From: Octopus bimaculoides
Taxonomy: Eukaryota
Assembly (NCBI RefSeq): GCF_001194135.2
Contig: NC_068993.1
Coordinates: 64,056,031 to 64,095,843 of the forward strand
Length of the DNA: 39,813 nt
Direction of reading: 5' to 3'
Shown here: one piece after another, positions 13,721 to 25,002 of the stretch
How the letters are laid out: each line of letters opens with the position of its first letter
Position numbering within the stretch: position 1 is the stretch's first letter
Notes under the pieces: model-generated
What the model was told of the DNA's origin: nothing
Databases searched by the model: none
Seen by the model: only the letters and a program-made list of their open reading frames with translations
Position numbers and translations under genes: made by a program

Positions 13721-14039
13721 GCACTCCGTCAGTTACGACGACGCGGTTCCCAGCTGGCCCGATCAACGGAACAGCTTGCTTGTGAAATTAACGTGGCTGA
13801 GCATTCCACAGATATGTGTACATTAACGTAGTTCTCAGGGAGATTCAGCGTGGCACTGGGTGTGACAAGATTGACCCTTTGAAATACAGGTACTACTCAT
13901 TTTTGCCAGCTGAGCAGACGAGCAACGTGAAATAAAGGACACAACGCATCGCCAGGACACAACGCATCGCCAGGAATTGAACTCACTATCTTACAATCGT
14001 GAGCCGCATGCCCTAGCCACTAAGCCACTCGCCTTCACG
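13721..14039 (-). mobile_element. near full-length tRNA-derived SINE
   Basis: Minus-strand head gtgaaggcgagTGGCTTAGTGGctagggcatgcggctcacgattgtaagatagtgaGTTCAATTCCtgg has Pol III A-box (14017-14027) and B-box (13973-13982). Flanked by imperfect direct repeats tatgaaagaagga (13708-13720) and tatgaatgaagaa (14040-14052), 11/13 identical and TSD-like. Confidence 0.85.
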
Positions 14040-14509
14040 TATGAATGAAGAATTTGTAGTAGAATATAACTATGAAAGAAATTAGTTACTCATACGTGGT
14101 TTCATTAAATTTGGATATTGTCTTACCTATTTTATATACAACGGAGCAATGATTTCACAGCTTAGAGGCTGTGAGGATATTATTAAAAGAAACAGAAGGG
14201 GAAAATGATAAATCACTGAAACATGATTTTGTGTTAGCGTGTGCTGGTGCTTCAGTCATTGTTCTTGTGTTTAAATTTTCCTAATTAGTTATGATCTAAA
14301 TAGAAAATTAACAATTTTAGAATATATAAGAAAAAAAAATTTAAAAAATAATAATAACTAACTGTTCTAATGAATCGATACACTCCGCAAAGCATTACTA
14401 GAAGTAGATGAAGATATTTCAGCGAATTAGTTAACAGTGGAATGGAAGGAGTGTTACGCGGGTGTTACGTATCAAATATTTTAACCTTCAACGTAATCTG
14501 ATATAAATC

Positions 14510-14760
14510 TGGGTTCTCGGCGGAATTTAGCGAACTTAGATCGCTCGCATGTTTTGGAATGTTTTCTCGGGAATCAAATTCTTGTAAGGAAGAGAATTTT
14601 GATTCGGTTGACAAATTTATTATTACTTTTTTTACCTCATATTTTGTTTTTACTTATTTATTTGCAAAATTTCAAATTTACGAATTTAGATTTCATTATT
14701 TAACCAAAAAGCAATGTCGACCTCGGCGGAATTTGAACACAGAACGTAGCGGCAGACGCA
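14510..14760 (+). mobile_element. two SINE tail fragments
   Basis: Exact 13-mer ctcggcggaattt at 14516-14528 and 14722-14734; the second lies within gtcgacctcggcggaatttgaacacagaacgtag. Confidence 0.6.
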
Positions 14761-15122
14761 CACTCACAGAATAAGTATATATATGTATAAGTGTATATCT
14801 GCATGTGTGTACATGTGTCTAGAAATTTTATCATGCATGAATTTTACTACATTTTAACGTGCAAGTTCGAAGTAATTTGTTTAATTACTAAATATTTTTT
14901 TTTAGCCGGAGCTCTTTCTGTAAAGCCATTTATAACTTAAGGCCTAATGTGACTCATTACAATGTTTCAGTTGTTTCAGATATTTTCAGCGTATTTCATA
15001 TTATCATCAGTTCCGCCATTTATCAGTTTGCACTCAGATAAGAGCAGCAGTATTTTTTAAGCCAAAAACCACATGTAAGATAGAGTTATATTTATGTAGT
15101 TATGTATATACGATTGCATGAA

Positions 15123-15169
<47 letters not shown>

Positions 15170-15834
15170 ATATGTGCAAATGATCTATATGTGCATTTAT
15201 GTGTGTACGCATGCGCGCACACAAACAGAACGAGAATTGCGACCTTAGAAATTAATGCTGTGAATGAAAATATAGATTAATCAACAGAACCAGCAACGTT
15301 TGAGTCAGATAAAATGAATGTGGTATTGCTAACATGGTGTACTAGTAAACTAGTGACCTACATGATTAATGGATATTACCTGCTAAAACTGTAAGGGGAT
15401 TGACCCAGAAAATAGCTTCAAATGAATAAAAACTTATGAAGTAGTCTAGCCGAGGTAATAAAGATACTTGCTTGCCTTCACTGTCTGTGTGTGTATATGT
15501 GTGTGCGCAATTGTATGTATGTATGTATAGAATGGGATGTGTTGTGGCACTCCGTGCGTAACTTTCGCAGGAGGTGTAGGTATTCATTACTGTATTCGTT
15601 AGTGTGTTTTCTTTCTGTAGTAGTTAAGGTCGTGGGAGCTTTATGCAGTGTGTGTAGGAGTTTATATAGGAGGTGGTGGGTATCCGCCGCGTTGGGGTGT
15701 GCATGTTTGTATGTCGGTGCGTTGGTGAATGCTCTGGTCAAACTCTTTACCACACTCCAGAGTATCGGTGGCAAACCGAGGTTGGGTGAGGGGTCATTGC
15801 AGTCATGATGGGGAACGCAGGTATGAGAGGATGT

Positions 15835-16080
15835 CCCCCTCCTTTTATCTGGGCAAGGATTAAACACTTCACTTCAGCTATTCAAAGAAATGCCTGGGTG
15901 CTGCGTGCTCTTTAAAATCGCTCTTTTATCAGCCAAGCGTAACTTGCTCTTCCTGCTGCTATTGAAGTACCGTTCACATTTCTCCAGGATCTTCCACTTT
16001 ATGTTGTATTCGATGGTGCTTTCTTTCAAAGACCAAACACGTTTGCCCAAGGTTGTGGCGTTGCGTCTCTCAGAGATGCA
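15835..16080 (-). pseudogene. Penelope-like element, C-terminal part of GIY-YIG endonuclease, decayed
   Basis: Translation 16080->15835: CISERRNATTLGKRVWSLKESTIEYNIKWKILEKCERYFNSSRKSKLRLADKRAILKSTQHPGISLNS*SEVFNPCPDKRR. Matches the PLE end motif TxLSxxxWxLKxxxxxYxIKWxIL...CxLCLxEKxxI...LNxRSExxxxCRH. In-frame TGA (15876-15874) sits at the conserved Arg, consistent with CGA->TGA. Truncated upstream by a (TG)n array. Confidence 0.8.
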
Positions 16081-16117
16081 ATGTATGTGTGTGTGGTTGT
16101 ATGTGTGTGTGTGTGTG

Positions 16118-16203
<86 letters not shown>
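16081..16203. repeat. (TG)n microsatellite
   Basis: Direct reading. Confidence 0.95.
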
Positions 16204-16205
<2 letters not shown>

Positions 16206-17009
16206 CATGTTTGTTTTGTGAATGTGCTTGAGTTTGTTTTTAGTTTTTTTCTTGTACTATTACTTGTTTCAATCAATTGAGAGAAAACCATGCAGGTGTT
16301 GTACTCTGAAGTACACCGCCAATCATATAATTCCCTGGTACTTATTTCTATTAGCCTGGCTTCGGGGGAATTTTAAATGGATTGGACAGGCAGAATCAAA
16401 TAGCAGAAAGTAACTTGTTGAGCTCTACACTAACACATGCAATTCGCCGCCAGTTGTCTCTGTGACTCGGCTCTGGTATACATTTGTGAATATTTCACTG
16501 CAATTATAATACATGATTTTGACATTCTTCTGAAAGCAAATCCGTAAACAGCTAAAAGGTTGCACCTTTTGTGTATGAAATCCATATTTCTACACTCGCA
16601 TGTTACTAACTAGATGTGATTTGTCATTCGTACTTACGGAGCCCTTCTTTGTCGTTGACTGTAAAGTCAATATAATAGTTTAACTATACTGACTTGACAC
16701 TTAGACATGAGAACAATATATTTAAGTTTAATCGAAATCTGAAAATGTAATTATCTATGCTGGCAACGATATACCTGTTTCATAAATATCGCCTCTCCAT
16801 TGATTACGAGAAAAATCAATCAAGTAATCCTGATTACAAGAAAAACGATTAAATAGAAGATGGCATTTTGTTAAATCGCAATCAAGATATCTCCGTATTG
16901 TATCCTGTTACATCTGTTGTGCTCTGTCGACTAAACACATACAACTTCTTTTACATAACTCCCGAATATCAAGATACGAAGATGCACACTCATTCATATA
17001 TCAATTTAT

Positions 17010-17011
<2 letters not shown>

Positions 17012-17093
<82 letters not shown>

Positions 17094-17190
17094 CACACGT
17101 GTGTGTGTATAATGTTCTGTTTCGTCACCGGGACTTATGTGTGTGTGTATGTATGTGTGCATGTGTGTGCATGTGTGTGTGCGTGCGTGT
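17012..17190. repeat. (TC)n(TA)n(TG)n compound microsatellite
   Basis: Direct reading. Confidence 0.9.
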
Positions 17191-18050
17191 GTGTGGTTGT
17201 GTTTGTAATGACATTCACATGTGTACACATATACATTCATTATGTATGCATCTGTGTGTACTTATTCACCTTTCATATGGTATTTAACGTATTTTAAAAA
17301 GTTCTTTCATCTTGTCTATTCTTCAACTTGGAGCATATATGCATATTTGTGTGTGGATTGGTAGGTAAATAGTGAGATAGGTCGACAGATGATGGAAATT
17401 GTTTCAATCATGTGTACGACTCTCGCTTGTTAATAAATGAAGATGAATTTTTAGCACAGCTGTGAGTTTCTAACTTTTACAATAATTATCGCATAAATAT
17501 CTTTTCTCGTATAAATGTCAAGGAAAATCCTGACAAGTAGCAGATGTCTTCTTTCGGGTGGATTGTTTTGGTCCATGTAACCTCGATTGGCTAATAAGAC
17601 CAACATTAGATAAACAAACTCTATTACATGTTTAAAGCTTGAAGGATGTTTGGTTTCGTTGCGTATATTTTTCTCCTTGACGCCATAACATTAGCATTTT
17701 CTCCCTATTTTTCGCATAAATATTCCCCTTTTACAAAACAGATACATAGCACTATGTTCTTAAATTCAATTTGTAATTCCGGTTGCTTTGTCGGATGAAA
17801 GCGTCTGTGCTTGCATTCAATAACTCTGAAACATCATCATCACACAATTTGTAAACGAAATATATTTTGCCGTCCAAAATACTTTTACTGCAACATTATA
17901 TTCCAAAAATGCTCTGAATATAATTGCCATAGTTCACAGTCATGCAATAAACGATTCAAGCTAAATATCTCCATACATGCATACATATGTACACACACGC
18001 ACTTGGATTCACAAACATGCATGTCTGTATTTTTGTGCGATTGTCTGCCT

Positions 18051-18102
<52 letters not shown>

Positions 18103-18130
18103 ACAGACAGATTGGTGGATAGATAGATAT
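18051..18130. repeat. (ATAG)n tetranucleotide repeat
   Basis: Direct reading. Confidence 0.95.
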
Positions 18131-18268
18131 AGACATGTAATGTTGTAAATAGGGAATGTGTGCGTAGATGAACAAGCCTGAAGAATATATTGGACGATAA
18201 AGGCTTCAACATTGTTCATCATAAGTCTGCTTTATTAAGTTCGAAGTAGGCGATACAATAATAACAAT

Positions 18269-19183
18269 AACAAGAGCACTCAGAGAGCGCAAACCTCCGC
18301 CAAGGCAACACCAACGTCCTCTCAACAATTAGCCAAGGATGATTTTTAAAGTGAGAATATCTGAAATACACTCGACTGCTCTCACAAACGAGAATACTAA
18401 AAATGAACCCGACCGTAAAAAAACCGGGAAAATTATCCAGAATCCTTGTCCGGTACCTGATCGATCCCAGCGGTAGTCATGAAATGTGAAGGTGTCTGTA
18501 GAAAATTTACTAACAGTAATAAATAATTTATCCTTATCTAACGCAAGTTAACAAATTCACCATTCAAAATAGTTTCACAGACAGAGGTAATAATAAGTTC
18601 TATTCAGGAATTTTAAAATTAATAATATGAGACCTTTTGGTTTTCTCTACTCTTAAATCTCGGCCTTCCTTTAGTATTCCTGTTGTTTTAGATCGATGTA
18701 TAGATGTATGGGTATATGTTAGTATACTGTAAAGTATTAATATGTATGTACAATATATAATGTATGTATATTATAAAAATGTGTTAATGTTATTTAATTT
18801 CTGAACGGTTTTGCTGCTGTTTATGTACTTTGATTTCTTTATCTATCAGTTTCTACTAAGATAGAGACGCAAGTAAAATTAATAATAGAGAAACGAAAAT
18901 AAAACTTCGGAAACAACCTAAAGGGAGATAATTGAGAAAGACTTGAAATTCAACGTAAGATTGTAATCATGTAAAGTAAATATAACAAATAATCCAGAAT
19001 CCTTGTCCGGTACCAGTTCACTCCCAAAATCTAATCAGTTTGTGCCAGTCACGAGGCTAAGCATCCCTAAAAGTTTCATCCGAATTCATCCAGCGATTCT
19101 TAAAACATCTTGTCTACGGACAAACAAATAAACAAACACGACTGAAAACGATGCCTTAGGCATCGCTAAGGCGGAAGTAATAA
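18269..19183 (-). mobile_element. non-autonomous Helentron-associated element (HINE/DINE-1-like)
   Basis: Terminal short hairpin gcactc-aga-gagcgc (18276-18290). Imperfect subterminal inverted repeats acctccgccaagg (18293-18305) and ctaaggcggaagt (19166-19178). 7-bp stem cgatgcc-tta-ggcatcg (19149-19165) next to the other end, short (AAAC)-type repeat at ~19123-19138, and AA/TT-rich junctions. This layout is established for HINEs such as DINE-1 and mollusc pearl elements. Confidence 0.65.
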
Positions 19184-19409
19184 TGATACAGACAATGACG
19201 TCGGCATCAATAACTACCTTCCAAAAATTATAAAATTATTGAACGCATTTCACTACAGGAACAAGAAATTAAGAAAAGCATCAGGTACTTTGGTGTGATT
19301 TGAAAGGATAAGGGAATGACCTGTTTTATCAAAACAATTTACTTTATCTTTTCATATGGCGAAGTTTCTCCTCTAACATATAAACTAAATTATAAAATCG
19401 AATCCTAAT

Positions 19410-19451
19410 TGGGGAGTATCATTGTCAAGCGGTAGTGGGTAAAAACACAAT

Positions 19452-19493
<42 letters not shown>

Positions 19494-19648
19494 GTGTTGC
19501 TTCCAGTTTCCTTCTATCAAATGTACTCACATGGCTATGGTCGGTCCAAAGCTATATAAGACACTTATCCAGGGTACCGCGCAGAGGGACTGAAACTGAA
19601 ACCATGTGGTTGGCAACCAACTTGCTTACATACAGCTATATCTGCACC
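19410..19648 (-). mobile_element. second tRNA-derived SINE type with internal (TG)n, degenerate
   Basis: Minus-strand head ggtgcagatatagctgtatgtaagcaagttggttgccaaccacatggtttcagtttcagtccc has degenerate A/B boxes, followed by ggtaccctggataagtgtct, a (TG)n tract (19455-19490) and tail acccactaccgcttgacaa. Confidence 0.7.
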
Positions 19649-20019
19649 GATATGACAGAATGAATTTAAAACAAAGAAATAAAGCAATAATAACAAAAGT
19701 CTGTAGAGTTTTGTCTTTAAATGACAGTCGTTATGAATATTGTAACGCAGTGTGAAAGATTACAAGGCACACGCATACACGTCTACATACGCGTGCTCAT
19801 ATATATATAAGAATGTATGCCTATAAATATATAAAGATACACAAACACGCACACACACGCACACACAAGCACATGTGCTAGTAATTAACATCCACTTTAC
19901 GTGACACATATATTGAGTCATCTTCTGAAATATTGTCTTTCAAGTGTGTGTGTGTGAGTGGGGTGTTTTTGTGTACTGCCTTATTAAAGCCGACGAAACT
20001 TCACAAACTGTTGCTCACA

Positions 20020-20115
20020 GTTTCACGTGACCGTTCGTCAGACAGTTGCGATAATACAGAATTTGTATTATTATTGTGTACTATCACAAATGTCCGACGA
20101 ACGGTCACATGAAAC
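20020..20115. repeat. 96-bp imperfect palindrome (43-bp arms, 10-nt loop)
   Basis: Arms 20020-20062 and 20073-20115 are reverse complements with 6 mismatches. Confidence 0.9.
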
Positions 20116-20230
20116 ACCGAGTAAAAGTTTCGGAAGTGTTTTTTGGTGCTAATAGTATTTTGCTCAACTTTTTGGTATTCGAGTGATATTTCACCATATT
20201 GTTTGCACCTATGTGATTACTTGTATAAAA

Positions 20231-20239
20231 ACATGCATG

Positions 20240-20303
<64 letters not shown>

Positions 20304-20345
20304 TGTACATGTGTGTATGTATGTATATATGTGTGTGTTTGTGTG
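20231..20345. repeat. (CA)n followed by (TG)-rich repeat
   Basis: Direct reading. Confidence 0.9.
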
Positions 20346-20566
20346 TATGGAAATTGATTAGCGCATCCGACTTGGATGTATTGTTCTGAACACCGCAGAC
20401 TGCGTTAATCGTTCTGAGAAATCATCTCGTTTAGACATTTGATGCTATTAAATGCACAGATTATATTGACAGACGAATATTACATCATCCTCGGCGAATG
20501 GAAGTGTTGTGTTATGTGATTACATCGTAAATTGCAAATCATTAGCAACATATAAGTATATACATA

Positions 20567-20601
<35 letters not shown>

Positions 20602-20973
20602 CTGTGCGTGTGAGCGTATGTGTACGAGTGCGTACATACACACACACACACACACACACGTACTTACACACACACATAATATGGAATGAAGTACCAACTG
20701 TTGCAGAAACTTTTCAGGCCAACAAGTCATTTGATCCGAAGGAAAACCTATGAGTGCGCAATTTCTGCATCAGACACAGAAAAAAAAAATGTTTTTTCTT
20801 TTCTTTTCCTTTCTTCCTGCCGTTCCTGATTTACATTCCCACTCCCTGACACAGTACAGCCAGTTGGCTGTCAATTGATATTCAGCTTCGCCCTATTTAA
20901 AGCTCTCTCAGACCTACGGGTTTCATGAATTTCTACACATGATTTATATGGTAAGGGTGTTAGTGAGAACATT

Positions 20974-21005
<32 letters not shown>

Positions 21006-21378
21006 GTGCGGACCACCTGGAACGAATTCGTAAGATTTGCTCAAGGAAATATAGTTATAACATCCATCTGTAGATACACTTTATGATATAACCATGAACG
21101 TAGTGAAACACATATCTGAAAGTGTTGTAAGGCTATAATAAATAAATGACAGTTTATAACCCATTATTCTTACCTATTCTATAGATTTCTTTATAAAAAC
21201 ATAGCATGTCACCTGGGTATTGGAACCATGGATTTACAAATTTAACTGGAGATGGACGTTGATTTCGGATTACATGGAGTACAATACCCATCACAACATT
21301 TATTGCTAGCTGAGTGTATTTCTATCTGCACAGAGCTTAATCATTTCGCTTGGATTACTAATCCCTTATCAATTGCTG

Positions 21379-21411
<33 letters not shown>

Positions 21412-22947
21412 CAGGGAAATACTTATCCGCAGACTGCAATATCGGTTATTGTCATTGTAAAGCCCTAAGTTGTGACGGACATCAATTTGAATGGAATGGG
21501 CACTTTTTTTTTTTTTTACTTAGAGATCAATTCTGAAATGAATACATCATCCTGAAGCGTTCTTGAAGCATTATGCCAGAATAATTAAATTCAGATATGG
21601 CAGCGACTAGGCAATGAATAAAATGCTTGTGCTATGCGATAATGGGATGCGTTTGTTCACTGTTCATGTGTGTGTGTGTGCATGCATACGTGACGCATGT
21701 GCGAATATGGAAATGTGTTTCCTTGTGTACCTATGCATATTGTTATCTGTGGTTTTCAGCCAGTGATGATACCCCTTGGATTATACATCCAACACATGTG
21801 GTTTCATGATATGGTAAATTTCTGAAGAAAATATGTGGAATATAATATCGAGTAGTGATATGTATAGTGTTTACTTCCATGCACGAATACGTGTAGAGTG
21901 TGTGTGTGTGTGTAGGGGTGGGGTAAATGTCAGTTTGGAGTGTGCTTGTGCAGGTGAGTGTGTATTTTCTTCTCTATTTGTACAAATACTGACGCATATA
22001 AACATACCAGCTTTTCAAATCACAACTTCTACAATGGAATCTTGTGTTTGTGGGTCACTATGCATTATATGCATTGGGTGAGCCCTGGAAATTTTATTGG
22101 ATGGTTACATTAATGGAATCCCTTGGTTTTGTATTAAAGATACATTTTTTGCATTAGGAAATGTATATGCAAAGTGTAGGAATGAAAGGATACAATTTGA
22201 TAGTAACACACAGACTCATGCCAGAGATTTGTGGACGTTTCTCGACCGCAATTCGACCATTTGTGTTTCGATACAAACTGGAGTGTATGCATTGACATGG
22301 CAGTCCATCCTTAGTGAGTTAAAGTTATGTGCACGTATTGTATTCGTGTCTTCACAGCAGCATTTTCACAAAGTTAATGTTTAGCAAGAGATAAGATATA
22401 TAGATATGGAGTCCATGTAAAAATACCGAAGAGCAATTATTGGCGAGAGTAAGCATTGGTCTGTAAACTCCAATACGTTACAAAACATGATAATCTGTGC
22501 AGAAGGGGTCCCGCTGTTGGAGATAACCCTTCAAATTCAATAAGTACCTCTATTGCTTATATATAAAAAAAGAAGGAAAATATTTGCTAATGTAGTCCAA
22601 GATATATTATCCCTCACAAAATAAGGGACTGCCACGGATGGTTGTTTGTTGGTCTATGGCTGAAGTACATCGACAGCACAATCCAACTGAGTAGGCGCGA
22701 TGTGCTAAAGTCGATTTGTTGGAATTGGCAGAGTCGGATCTTCGTAGGAATGTCAGCTGGCAGTGCTCTTGGTGTTATGAAGTGCAGCAGATTTTAATTG
22801 TGCAAACCTGTAAAATGGTTTAGTGTTGTGTAAGAGTTAGGGGTGTTTTATTCCAGTTTCCTCATGCAGCAAGACTACAAGATAAAGCATTCCATCAGTG
22901 TCTATACATTATCCAAAATGCTATTTGGAATATTTTAGACTGCTCAG

Positions 22948-22989
<42 letters not shown>

Positions 22990-23039
22990 GCGGCTATTTT
23001 CAGCATAAGAGAATAAATAGTGATGACCTCATTTTTTAG

Positions 23040-23530
23040 TTGTGTATAGCAATGTAGAGTGGTGGAATATTGCGTAATAGTATGGAGGTGTAGCTTGATG
23101 TAATGTCGTACGACGCTATGTACAAAAGATAGCAGTGTGGCATGGTGTAATATAGTGTAATAGATGTCTTGTGATGTCACGTGATTTATGTTTATGCAAG
23201 AGCACTGAAGTATGATGTTATGCTGTGCAATTATGTTGTACATCAGTGCAGTATGATGTAACGTGTAAAGTATAAGAATTTCTTGTGGCATAATTATACT
23301 TCTTGTATGATAACGGAGTCTTGTTTAACACGACATATGTAGATGATATGGCATAAATGAATAGTTGTGAGGTAGGAAATAAAGGTGTGTAATAGTTTAT
23401 TAGTGTAGTGCGAGCTAATCTTATGCTATTGTATGGCGGTGTGGTGTGATGCGATGGAGTGGAAAAGGAACACAAGGTAGTGTTATGTAATATAAATTAA
23501 AGCTATGAAATGTGACGTGATATTAAGAAG
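23040..23530 (+). repeat. old degenerate pentanucleotide (TGTAG/TGATG-like) array
   Basis: 5-bp periodicity visible by eye (e.g. tagtg taata tagtg taata, gatgt cttgt gatgt); G/T-rich, C-poor plus strand. Confidence 0.6.
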
Positions 23531-23558
23531 TGTTTGGCGAATATCTTATGTATTCATT

Positions 23559-23559
<1 letters not shown>

Positions 23560-23593
<34 letters not shown>

Positions 23594-23871
23594 CTCTCTC
23601 TCTCTCTCTCACACACACGCACGCACATACAGATGATGGATTTTATATACCATATGACTGTAAATTGATAAAAGTTTAATATAATCGATTAAATTTATTT
23701 CAAGTATGCAACTATTACTATTAATCTTTAATGAGACAGATCTTAGTAAATTCAGTGCAAAACTTAGCCGGGTACAGTACAATTTCTTTATTTCTCACTC
23801 AGATCACTCGCAATTTATCTTCCTGTCTCTCTTATCCCTCTCTCTTTCTCTTTATTTCTTAACTCTTCGGT

Positions 23872-23940
<69 letters not shown>
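23560..23940. repeat. (CA)n(CT)n and (TC)n microsatellites
   Basis: Direct reading at 23560-23625 and 23875-23940. Confidence 0.9.
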
Positions 23941-23944
<4 letters not shown>

Positions 23945-24699
23945 CTATACAATATTGTACTACTGACTTTTTGTATGTTTTTTTCGAAGGCGTTCATTCT
24001 TTTTGTCAAGAATTGCCTGAAGATTGCAGAATTCCTAAGCCGTACCAGCTTTTGTCGTTATTTTCCTTGTTTGAACAGAAGCAGTTTTATTTCTCTCTTT
24101 TTTTTTTCTATTATTACCTTTCATGAAATTCTTCTGAGAAAGTTTCTATTAACCTGAAAATTTAGCACTTAACTTTTAGCGTTAGGCCTACAGTTACTCA
24201 AGTCAAAATGATTATTGTCTACGAAAGTTTCCGTAAGAAAAAGAGAGCCTCCAATAATATGACAAGAGAATATACCCTCATCTATTTAGTGATTCATTAC
24301 ACCTGTGGTCGGGTAATTTAATATTTAACATTGTTGACTGATAACAGTGAAAGAGCGGCGTGTCAGCATCCGTATAATTCTTTTATTTTTACGAAGGTGA
24401 AGAGTCGGTAATGGTAAATGGGGGTTCTAGCCTTGGTAATGACTTTTCTATTAAAATGCCAGAGACTAAGAATAAAAAGAGAGAGAAAGCGAACTCGGAG
24501 TGCTCCGAGTCGTAATAGGAGAGCGAGAGAGAGAGAGAGAGAGTCAAGGAGAGGCTACTAAGAAGCAGAAAACTGGATATGAGTGGAAGGTAAAGTGCTA
24601 CGGCGATAGAGGAGGAGAACAAACATATATAAATGTATAAATATATATATATGTATGTCTATATATGTATGTATATATGTGTATAAACAGAGGTGTGAA

Positions 24700-25002
24700 A
24701 TGGAACAAAATGTACAAGAACAACCGAAAATAATCAACTTATCAAAGAAAATCCTAAGTATTACACAAACTAAAATTCTAGCAAAAGGTTTACAGTTTAC
24801 TTCAACCCCTCCCAGATCGAACCGGAATGAAATTAAGGATAACACTATGGATTTCTGCCGAAAATTACGCCTCACAGAAGTACTTCACAACTACACCAGC
24901 GAAGATGACTCAATAGTAAAAAACAAAAGTGAATAGTGTCCTAAAAAAGGTAGAAATAAGGCACTTGATGATTTTTGTGAACACATTACCAGTTTGCAAA
25001 TG
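24700..25002 (+). pseudogene. Penelope-like element, N-terminal region upstream of the RT domain, decayed fragment
   Basis: MEQNVQEQPKIINLSKKILSITQTKILAKGLQFTSTPPRSNRNEIKDNTMDFCRKLRLTEVLHNYTSEDDSIVKNKSE*CPKKGRNKALDDFCEHI. Matches the PLE pre-RT motif IINLSxxxLxxxxxxxLxKGLxFxPTP...FxRKLRL...KxKSxxxPxxGRNxxLDxF. One in-frame stop (24934-24936); similarity ends near 25000. Confidence 0.8.

Noticed and set aside
13973-14039. tRNA gene
   Set aside because: It has A/B boxes but no complete cloverleaf or acceptor stem, and continues into SINE body sequence with a TSD.
22097-22384. 95-aa plus ORF in non-repetitive sequence
   Set aside because: TTG start, no recognisable motif, no convincing splice sites.
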